A stretch of 62,459 bases of DNA, the filler included, from an uncultured Methanosarcinales archaeon (GTDB taxonomy: Archaea > Nanobdellota > Nanobdellia > Woesearchaeales > CAYMBN01): assembly GCA_964388715.1 (NCBI GenBank). It is 7 parts of 7 records of this genome, joined end to end, with 100 filler letters (N's around TTAATTAATTAA, not from the genome) between each part and the next. Parts side by side here need not be neighbours in the genome. Positions count along the whole stretch, not along the records: positions 37,917 to 46,128 come from CAYMBN010000020.1; positions 46,229 to 51,906 come from CAYMBN010000021.1; 5 more parts are not named here. The stretch is one strand, 5' to 3'. The notes under the pieces are model-generated. The model was not told the origin of the DNA, did no database searches, and saw nothing but the letters and a program-made list of their open reading frames with translations. Below are positions 42,224 through 49,727 of the stretch, in pieces (positions within the stretch are counted from its first letter, which is position 1; every line of letters begins with the position of its first letter). A program made the translations under genes and the position numbers.

Positions 42224-45200
42224 AAATATCTCCTCCTAGTTCCCATTCTTTGTTTTCAACAAATCTTTGAATATCTTCAAGTGCATCGTTTATTGCTGGT
42301 AATACACTGGTAAGTAAGCAGCCAACGTGTGTAACTCTTGTTTCTGTGTTTAGATGTGTACAGGTTCGACCTAAAACTAATCCAAGTAATCCTAAAGGAC
42401 TTGAGATTGCTGCTTTGAATCTTTGAAGTATGCCATTGAGTAGGTTTGTTAATGGGAATGTGTAAAATAACTGTCCCCAAACATATTTACACAACATGTA
42501 ACCACGTGCTGTTTGACATGCTGCAATAGGTGCACCTGCTTTGACATCATCTTGTAAACATTGGACATATCTACATTCGATTTGTCTTGCTTTTTTAAGA
42601 TTGTAAATAACGCCTGGGATACAGCCAATGCTTAAGCTAAGTATGATAGATTCTTTAAAGTCAATACTGTCTAGAATGCTTTGACTTGTAAAACCTTTAC
42701 CCCATAATTGGTTTGACAATACTGAAGATGTTTTACCTGATTTTAATTTTTGATCAAGTGTTTCTGCCCAATCATCCCAGAAACCTTGTTTACAAGAGAT
42801 ATATTTACAGAAATGGCTTAGTCCTTTAAAGAATCCGTTGTAAGTTACGTGGTATGCTTCATTAGCAGCGCCTTGTGCAACTGCAATTCCTTTAAAAGGT
42901 GTAAAGTCGAGTGGACCAAACAATAATTCAATTGCTTCAAACAGTCTTGCAATGCTACCAAGTACATTTACAAATCTACATATTTGTTCTGCAATGTTTT
43001 GTATTTCAATTAATTGGTCAAGGAATCCATTGCTTAACAACCATGAGCCTTTGACAGCACTGATCTCGTTCTTGACTGCTTTGTCCATTGAACCTCTTGA
43101 TGTGAGTGGAACTTCAATTGTGAAATGTTCTGTTTCCAGTTTAGAAAGTTTTTGCATGTATTGTGATTTTATCTTTAATGAACAGTTGAAGCTTAGGTTT
43201 GTATCTTCTATTGAATCTTCTTGTCTTTCAAAAGGAAATTTGATTATTAAGTCTGTTGCACCTGGGAAACAGTTTAGACATGTTGGACCTTGTTCTGTTA
43301 AGTATTCTGTTGAACCTTGACAATTGCCAAGTGCAATGTCTAGTGTTTTTAATTCTTCTTGGATTAATCCACTTGGTGGAACTAGTTTTATATTACCAAA
43401 GATTCTGTGACTTGTGTATTTCATTGTGTCACTGTTGATTACTTTTGGCATTGGATCTTTTGTGATTGGTGTCCAATAATTTGCATCTGCTTCATCGTTT
43501 TCAAGCACTGTTATTCCTGGATTGTTTACAACTTCATTGCCTACTTTGTCTATGAATGTTAAATATATTGAGGCATTTTTTATGTATCCTGTGACTGGGC
43601 CAAGATTGTTCCAAGTACAAGTGTAAACAGGAGTTTGGTTTGTACAAGATGCTTTTGCTAAGCCTGCAACTCCTACTGAGCTTAGGTTTGCATAGGCTTC
43701 TTTGATACCAGAAACACTGTCTCTTATCTTTGCTTCAATATTAAGATAATCTCCGTGTGAATAATAATCATTTCCAGCTGCTGTTTTTATTTTTGCAGGT
43801 TCTACAAGGTTTACTTTAATATATTTGTTTCCTAGGTCTTTTTCTACTTGTTCTCTAGCAACATAATCTGTGACTGACGAAACTTCATTGTCAACTTTTA
43901 GGATTGCTTCACTTTCTCCTTCAACATATGTTAATGAATCATCAAAGCTTAGGTCTGGTTTTAGATAAACAGGTAAACTTCCTTGTTTTTCAGAAACTTC
44001 AAGATAAGTATAACATTCCCATGTTTGTGAATCTGTTTTATTACAGTGTGTCATTGGTGTTGTTTTTCCACTGTACTTTGAGTTAAGTGCTGATGCGTCT
44101 ATAACAATTCCATGACCTTTGACTGTTGGACTGTAATCATAAACATTATAGAATCCTGATTGTGATTCTGTTATTCTTACTATTATTTTGTTTAATCCTG
44201 GTTTTACAAATTTACCATGTTCGCTGCCAATAAATGTTACTTTTGGTACATCTATATCTATTAGTAAGTTTGATGCTCTTGCTTGTTTTTCTGTGATAAG
44301 ATCATATTGGTCTGTTGCTTTGATTTTTATTGTAGGAATCTTGTTTAATTCAAGTGACATGTCAATCTTGACAAAACAAATGTATTCATCATTTACTTTG
44401 TTACATCCTTTTGCAGCTGTGTTAATGTTTGCTAGTTCATTAGGGTTGTCAATGGTTAGGCTTTTGTATGCTTCTGATAAATGTGCAACAGTTGATAGTG
44501 CAGATGCATCTACTTCTACTTTTGTAAGTTTTGCTTCTTGGATTCTGAACTCAGCTCTGACATCTTTTAGTGTTTGAGTTGAACCATAGATAAGTTGTTT
44601 TCCACCTTGGTATAATCTTAGTTCTTCACTTATTGTTGGAGCTGATGTGTCGACTTCAAATTCATTGGTTTCTGTTTGTGCAAAGTTGTTTACTCCGTCA
44701 AAGACTTGCACTAAAAGTGTTTTTTGACCATTGCCTTGCATGTCTAATTCTTTTATCTCATCATAGGTTTGTTGTTGGTTAACATCAATCTCTTCAATAA
44801 GTTCATCATCTGCAAATATTTTTATTGTTTTTATACCAGAGCCTGGATCAACAGCACTTCCGTCTGATGTTACTAAATGTAATGATGGTTTTTTACCTGG
44901 GGTGACTTGGGCTGTGTCAATAATAGGTTCAACAACATCTGGTACAAGATAACTTTCTTGTTTATCATCTTGTCTAAAGCTTTGATCATAAAGTTTGATA
45001 AAATATTTGACTCTTCCAAGGTCATCTACTAAGTCTGAGAATTGTATTAAGTTAGAGGTGTAATTACATCTGTATGTTGTTCCACTTACTTGTGAACAGC
45101 TGTCAAATGGTTTGTCTGCAGGATAATCATGTGGACCAATCCTTACTTGTTCTTTTTCAACTGTTCCTCCTGATGTTGTTACACTTATTTTAACCTGGTC

Positions 45201-45338
45201 TTCTGGTCTGATCCAGTTTTCAATATTGTCTTGGCCTGTTGATTTTATAGTAAGAATTTCATACTCAACACTAAAGCAAACTGGTAGTGTTAAGATTATT
45301 AAAATCATGAACATTGCAGCTTGTAGTTTTAATTTCAT
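42210..45338 (-). CDS. 1042-aa secreted protein: tandem Ig-like domains + C-terminal Cys-rich amphipathic helical domain
   Basis: Signal peptide; repeated C-x7/8-Y-x-C Ig-like units and D..GN motifs; a C-terminal domain homologous to the central part of 29355-34100. Confidence 0.8.
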   Translation of the reverse strand: MKLKLQAAMFMILIILTLPVCFSVEYEILTIKSTGQDNIENWIRPEDQVKISVTTSGGTVEKEQVRIGPHDYPADKPFDSCSQVSGTTYRCNYTSNLIQFSDLVDDLGRVKYFIKLYDQSFRQDDKQESYLVPDVVEPIIDTAQVTPGKKPSLHLVTSDGSAVDPGSGIKTIKIFADDELIEEIDVNQQQTYDEIKELDMQGNGQKTLLVQVFDGVNNFAQTETNEFEVDTSAPTISEELRLYQGGKQLIYGSTQTLKDVRAEFRIQEAKLTKVEVDASALSTVAHLSEAYKSLTIDNPNELANINTAAKGCNKVNDEYICFVKIDMSLELNKIPTIKIKATDQYDLITEKQARASNLLIDIDVPKVTFIGSEHGKFVKPGLNKIIVRITESQSGFYNVYDYSPTVKGHGIVIDASALNSKYSGKTTPMTHCNKTDSQTWECYTYLEVSEKQGSLPVYLKPDLSFDDSLTYVEGESEAILKVDNEVSSVTDYVAREQVEKDLGNKYIKVNLVEPAKIKTAAGNDYYSHGDYLNIEAKIRDSVSGIKEAYANLSSVGVAGLAKASCTNQTPVYTCTWNNLGPVTGYIKNASIYLTFIDKVGNEVVNNPGITVLENDEADANYWTPITKDPMPKVINSDTMKYTSHRIFGNIKLVPPSGLIQEELKTLDIALGNCQGSTEYLTEQGPTCLNCFPGATDLIIKFPFERQEDSIEDTNLSFNCSLKIKSQYMQKLSKLETEHFTIEVPLTSRGSMDKAVKNEISAVKGSWLLSNGFLDQLIEIQNIAEQICRFVNVLGSIARLFEAIELLFGPLDFTPFKGIAVAQGAANEAYHVTYNGFFKGLSHFCKYISCKQGFWDDWAETLDQKLKSGKTSSVLSNQLWGKGFTSQSILDSIDFKESIILSLSIGCIPGVIYNLKKARQIECRYVQCLQDDVKAGAPIAACQTARGYMLCKYVWGQLFYTFPLTNLLNGILQRFKAAISSPLGLLGLVLGRTCTHLNTETRVTHVGCLLTSVLPAINDALEDIQRFVENKEWELGGDICGEI

Positions 45339-45841
45339 TTTGTTTGTAGTTTTAGGAATTTTGTAATATAATTATTATCATGGATAATGAGGGAGTTTTT
45401 GAGTAAGTCAATAATTTCTTTATCTCCTTCAAGATATTTTGAATCAAAGTCTGACTTTAAGATAGAACCTGGTTGAACTGTTTGAGAAATGTGTGTTAAG
45501 GTGTAAGAGTCTCCTTTTTTTGTATAAAGAACAGCTATAATGTCTTTGTTTTGGATTGATTCATATTCTTGGATAATCTTTTTAGAATTTTTTTGTTGGT
45601 ATATTGTGTCAAGGTCAAATGTTTTTCTTAAAGAAAGTGTGAGGTAATTAGACATATTTGCTTGATAACGTTTATTGATTTGTTTGATTAGGTCTTTTTT
45701 TGTTAAAACTTTTAGGAGATTATATATTTGTGATTTTGAAACTTTTGTGTTTTTAGCAATATCTTTTGTAGAATGAGCTGTAAAACAATTCTGTGTTAGG
45801 AACTTTAACACTTCTAGTTCAGACTTGTTGTTTATGTTCAT
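45335..45841 (-). CDS. Winged-helix transcriptional regulator with a possible degenerate nucleotidyltransferase-like C-terminus
   Basis: HTH motif LEVLKFL...STKDIAKNTKVSKSQIYNLLKVL..KDLI. First gene of the operon (ATGA overlap). Confidence 0.7.
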   Translation of the reverse strand: MNINNKSELEVLKFLTQNCFTAHSTKDIAKNTKVSKSQIYNLLKVLTKKDLIKQINKRYQANMSNYLTLSLRKTFDLDTIYQQKNSKKIIQEYESIQNKDIIAVLYTKKGDSYTLTHISQTVQPGSILKSDFDSKYLEGDKEIIDLLKNSLIIHDNNYITKFLKLQTK

Positions 45842-45843
45842 AT

Positions 45844-46016
45844 TCCAATTAATTGGACTTTTACACCTTTTTTTTGTTTTGTTATTATAATAAATTGGAT
45901 ATTTTTATGTTTTTTGGTTGTTTTGTTTTATTTTTTGATTGTTTTTACATAAAAAAGTGTGTTTTTGTACTTTTTTATTAACTTATTCCAATATAATGGA
46001 ATTCAAACTATATAAA
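45844..46016 (-). promoter_or_regulatory. Promoter with two TCCA-N6-TGGA palindromic operators
   Basis: Perfect 14-bp palindrome tccaattaattgga at 45844-45857, 2 nt from the start codon. attccaatataatggaat at 45985-46002 lies just downstream of a minus-strand TTTATATA at 46009-46016. Confidence 0.65.
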
Positions 46017-46128
46017 TGTTTTGATTTAAAGAATATTGGAAATAAGTCTCTTTTTTTGGAAAAACTGCAAATAATGTTAATTACCCCCTCTTTAGGATAG
46101 GTAAGTAGAAGTAATATATAAAGGTTAA

Positions 46129-46228
46129 NNNNNNNNNNNNNNNNNNNNNNNNNNNNNNNNNNNNNNNNNNNNTTAATTAATTAANNNNNNNNNNNNNNNN
46201 NNNNNNNNNNNNNNNNNNNNNNNNNNNN
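46129..46228. other. Artificial contig spacer
   Basis: N44-TTAATTAATTAA-N44. Confidence 0.98.
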
Positions 46229-46347
46229 AATTTTTATTTTTATAATTCTAATACTTTGAGGCATCCGAGTGATTGGACTTAACCCCTTATAAACTTAAAT
46301 CTCCTGATTTAATGTTTACAAGGCCTGGTGTTGAATAATTCTGAATT

Positions 46348-46593
46348 TCATTTGTAGTTATGTTGAGTTTTGGGTTTTTTGGCTTTACTGGGGTGGTGTT
46401 CTGATAATAATTTCTCAATATCTTTATTTCTTTCACGAAATAACTGAATCAGATCATTGAACTCTCTGTCCATAATCATGTGCTTAAAATACAGACTTTT
46501 TTTAGTATTCACAACAAACTTCATAGTATTATGAAGTCTTAATATTAATAGGAAATCTGTTCCCAATATTTCCATTATTTTTTCTTTATTCAT
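46348..46593 (-). CDS. Small hypothetical protein
   Basis: 81-aa ORF with an archaeal-type RBS GAGGTGA upstream, divergent from the recombinase. Confidence 0.55.
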   Translation of the reverse strand: MNKEKIMEILGTDFLLILRLHNTMKFVVNTKKSLYFKHMIMDREFNDLIQLFRERNKDIEKLLSEHHPSKAKKPKTQHNYK

Positions 46594-46768
46594 TTTATAT
46601 CACCTCAAATGATTTTAAACTACCTACTGAAGGTTTTATGATTATTTGTTTGTACTTCTGCGGAAATAATTAACAAGAAAAACTGATAAAATAAGGAATC
46701 ATAAAGAGGTGATAAGAATAAGGTAAAATATGAAGATTATTGAGAGATTTTTATTATATGACATTTCT

Positions 46769-46867
46769 TGGACACTGGACATTTGAAAAAACATGTCCAC
46801 TGACCTTATATGGCTAAATTCTGGGGTTGTGGTCTGTTTACTTGTTTTCACTGGTCACTGGACATGT
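46769..46867. repeat. Three copies (two direct, one inverted) of GG(A/T)CA(C/G)TGGACAT; possible recombinase core or regulator site
   Basis: tggacactggacat at 46769-46782, acatgtccactgacc at 46791-46805 and ggtcactggacatgt at 46853-46867 (14/15 inverted match between the last two). Confidence 0.7.
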
Positions 46868-46908
46868 GCGTGTGAAACTTATAAAGGATTATTACTATCT
46901 ATATATGT

Positions 46909-47736
46909 ATGCAACCACTCGAACTAATAAAAAAAGAATGCAAAAGAAGAGGCATGAGCAATAGAACTGCTGAAACTTATTGTTTATTTGTAGATAAATT
47001 TCTGGATTTTTGTGGTAAAAGAGATTGTGTTAGAAAGATTACTAAAAGAGATGTTAAGAAATATATTGAACACCTTTGCACAAAAGATAAATGTGGTTCT
47101 ACACTTAATGTTGCTTTGTCTTCTGTTAAGTTTTTTGTTAGTCAGATTTTATATAATACATGGAAATTGAATTATAAATTCTCAAAAATTCCTAAAACAC
47201 TGCCAACTGTATTAACAAAACAAGAAGTTCGGTTGATAATTAATTGTATTGACAATGTTAAACACAAACTAATTGTAAAATTATTGTATTCTTCTGGTTT
47301 AAGAGTTGGTGAACTTGTTAGATTAAAGGTTTGTGATCTAGAAATTGATCAAGGTTTTGGATGGGTCAGATTTGGTAAAGGTAAAAAAGATAGAATGTTT
47401 ATTATTGCTAAAAAGTTGAAAGAAGAATTACGTGATTTTGTCTTATCTAAAGAATTAGATTATAATGATTATGTGTTTAAGGGTAGAAATGGACATCTTA
47501 GCATTGAAACAGTTTATAGAGTTGTTAAAGCTGCTTCTAAAAAAGCAAAAATCAAAAAAAATGTTCACCCACACACTTTTAGACACTCATTTGCAACACA
47601 TTTGATTGAAAATGGCAATCTTTTAAGAGATGTTCAGTTTCTTTTAGGTCATTCTGATATTAAGACAACACAAGTTTATACTCGTATGTCTAGTTATAAA
47701 GTTAGTAATGTTACAAGTCCTTATGATAATTTATGA
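46909..47736 (+). CDS. Tyrosine recombinase, XerA/XerD-like with N-terminal SAM-like domain
   Basis: All catalytic residues are present: SGLR, GKGKKDR, HTFRH, LLGH, TQVY. It lacks the integron-integrase I2 insertion. Confidence 0.92.
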   Translation: MQPLELIKKECKRRGMSNRTAETYCLFVDKFLDFCGKRDCVRKITKRDVKKYIEHLCTKDKCGSTLNVALSSVKFFVSQILYNTWKLNYKFSKIPKTLPTVLTKQEVRLIINCIDNVKHKLIVKLLYSSGLRVGELVRLKVCDLEIDQGFGWVRFGKGKKDRMFIIAKKLKEELRDFVLSKELDYNDYVFKGRNGHLSIETVYRVVKAASKKAKIKKNVHPHTFRHSFATHLIENGNLLRDVQFLLGHSDIKTTQVYTRMSSYKVSNVTSPYDNL

Positions 47737-47772
47737 ATTGGTGATTGTTTTGTTTTAATTGGTGGAACTAAA

Positions 47773-48867
47773 ATGGAAATATTTAAAAAAGCTAAAATAC
47801 TTTCAGAAGCAGGCAAATATGATAGTTGTGGTCCTAAGGCATGCGAAGTTAAAGTGGATTCTGGTTTGGGTGGAATATATCATGCAAAGGCTGAGCATAA
47901 GACGTGTAGATTGTTTAAGACATTGATGTCAAATGAATGTAAATTTGATTGTAAATATTGCCATAATTCTACTTCTTGTAAAAACAAAAGTAAAATAGCT
48001 AAGTATAAACCAGATGAACTTGCAAAGGTTTTTATGAATTTATGTCATACACTCTCGGTGGAGGGGCTTTTCTTGAGCTCTGGTGTAAGTGGAAATGTTG
48101 ATAAGATTACTGAAGAAATGATTGAGAGTGTTAGGTTATTGCGTTTTAAGTATAAGTTTAGGGGTTATATTCATTTTAAGGTTTTGCCAGGCACTAGTTA
48201 TGAATTGGTGAAGCAGGCTTCTGAACTTTCAACTAGAATGAGTATTAATCTTGAAGCACCTAACAAATCTGTTATGAGTGAATTGTCTTCATGCAAGGAT
48301 TATAAGATTGATATACTTCGTAGACAAGCTTGGATATCTAAGATGAAATTAATGGGTGGCCAGACTAGCCAAATGATTGTCACAAACAATTCAACAGACA
48401 AAGACATTCTTAAGATGACTAATTGGGAATATACTCATCTGGAATTAAGAAGAATGTTTTATGCAGCATTCAGGCCTGTCAAAGGCACACCTATGGGTAA
48501 TGATGAGGCTGTTCCTTTGTTACGGCAGAATCGTTTATACAATGTTGATTTTTTAATGAGAAAGTATGGGTATAAATTAAAAGAAATTGACAATGTATTT
48601 GTTGATGATATGCTACCAAGAGGTGATCCAAAGTTGGTGATGGCTCAGCAAACATTTGGTGGCGATGGTATTGATCCAAATGAAGCTTCATATTCTGAAC
48701 TTATTCGTGTCCCTGGTATTGGACCAAAGATAGCTCAGAAGATTGTAAATGGTTATAAGATAAAGAAGCTGCGCGACTTACATGCACTTGGTGGTAGTGT
48801 TCGGAGGGCCAAACCTTTCATTATTGTCAATGGACATAGGCAGAAGATGTTGAGGGAGTTTAGGTAA
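47773..48867 (+). CDS. Putative DNA modification/repair radical SAM protein (TIGR03916-like) with C-terminal helix-hairpin-helix
   Basis: KILSEAGKYD..C, LMSNECKFDCKYC, VEGLFLSSG, GYIHFK, RLYNVDFLMRKYG, and HhH NEASYSELIRVPGIGPK. Confidence 0.85.
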   Translation: MEIFKKAKILSEAGKYDSCGPKACEVKVDSGLGGIYHAKAEHKTCRLFKTLMSNECKFDCKYCHNSTSCKNKSKIAKYKPDELAKVFMNLCHTLSVEGLFLSSGVSGNVDKITEEMIESVRLLRFKYKFRGYIHFKVLPGTSYELVKQASELSTRMSINLEAPNKSVMSELSSCKDYKIDILRRQAWISKMKLMGGQTSQMIVTNNSTDKDILKMTNWEYTHLELRRMFYAAFRPVKGTPMGNDEAVPLLRQNRLYNVDFLMRKYGYKLKEIDNVFVDDMLPRGDPKLVMAQQTFGGDGIDPNEASYSELIRVPGIGPKIAQKIVNGYKIKKLRDLHALGGSVRRAKPFIIVNGHRQKMLREFR

Positions 48868-48870
48868 AAA

Positions 48871-48910
48871 ACCGAAAAGTTTATAAATATCTATTACTAT
48901 TAATAGATAT
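48871..48910 (+). promoter_or_regulatory. BRE/TATA promoter with a perfect 10-bp inverted-repeat operator
   Basis: accgaaaag-tttataaa (48871-48887) followed by atatctatta-ctat-taatagatat (48887-48910), upstream of the TA-like pair. Confidence 0.75.
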
Positions 48911-48927
48911 CATGAGATATCCAAAGG

Positions 48928-49209
48928 TTGATAAAAATATTATTCGAAGATTTGTATTGGAAAGGGAAATTATTAGTGTTTACATGGCACTTTAAAAGAG
49001 AGTTTGATAGTTTGAAAAAACCTTTGGAATTTGTATTAGACATATTAGAAAGTGGAGAACACATATTAATATCAAAGAAACAGAATAAATATAATGTGTT
49101 TTACCATTTTAGAGGAAAATTTTTATGTTTATCCTATGTTGAACATGAGAATATTATCCTGATTCATGTAAAACCTACAACAAAAAAATTAAAGAGGCAA
49201 AGAAAATGA
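48928..49209 (+). CDS. Putative type II toxin (DUF4258/RelE-like small basic protein)
   Basis: 93 aa, basic, with the pattern FTWHF..E.....V..ILE.G...IILIHVK. It overlaps the downstream antitoxin-like gene (ATGA). Confidence 0.55.
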   Translation: MIKILFEDLYWKGKLLVFTWHFKREFDSLKKPLEFVLDILESGEHILISKKQNKYNVFYHFRGKFLCLSYVEHENIILIHVKPTTKKLKRQRK

Positions 49210-49535
49210 AAAGATTCATGAAAAAGTGTTACAAATGCAGAGCAAAAGTTAAAGTTAGTAAATGCAAAAAAGAAGGAATTAATTTGAATTGCATGAAATG
49301 TACAAAATGTGGAGAAGAATATTTTACATCAAGTGAATTATTAAAATTTGATGTTTTAACAGGTAGAAGGAAGATGGTAAGAAAATTCGGTGTTTTAGGT
49401 GATTCAACAATAATGAGATTCCCATCAAAAGTTTTGAAAGATTATGGGATTAAACCAGGAGATTTTGGTGTTTTTGAAGAAAAATCAGAAGGGATCTTGA
49501 TTAAACCTGTTCATGCAAAGGATATAGAGGTTTAA
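49206..49535 (+). CDS. Putative antitoxin: MqsA/YgiT-like zinc ribbon fused to an AbrB/MazE DNA-binding domain
   Basis: CYKC...CTKCGEEYF zinc ribbon and RKFGVLGDSTIMRFPSKVLKDYGIKPGD AbrB-like motif. Confidence 0.7.
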   Translation: MKRFMKKCYKCRAKVKVSKCKKEGINLNCMKCTKCGEEYFTSSELLKFDVLTGRRKMVRKFGVLGDSTIMRFPSKVLKDYGIKPGDFGVFEEKSEGILIKPVHAKDIEV

Positions 49536-49727
49536 ATGAAAAAAAAGAACAAAATACCACATTGTGATTATAATGGTACTTGTAAAAATAAAGCTTATAG
49601 AGAAGTTTTTCCAAGTTTACTAGGTGGAAAACATAAGAATAGAGGATGGAGTTATCTTTGCAGAAAACATTATTATCAGGAACAAAAAAGATTTAAAGGA
49701 AAACTCCCTAATTCAGATCTTGATTAA
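49536..49727 (+). CDS. Small basic C3H zinc-finger-like protein
   Basis: 63 aa with the motif CDYNGTC...WSYLCRKH. It directly abuts the antitoxin gene. Confidence 0.5.
   Translation: MKKKNKIPHCDYNGTCKNKAYREVFPSLLGGKHKNRGWSYLCRKHYYQEQKRFKGKLPNSDLD

Noticed and set aside
45844..46002. Replication-origin ORB boxes (TTCCAGTGGA-like)
   Set aside because: The spacing is TCCA-N6-TGGA, not N1. There is no G-string and no cdc6/orc1 in view, so an operator is the simpler reading.
46909..49727. Archaeal integron (integrase plus small cassette-like ORFs)
   Set aside because: The integrase lacks the IntI-specific insertion (YVFKGRNGHLS runs straight into the helix), and there is no room for attC sites because the small ORFs overlap or abut.
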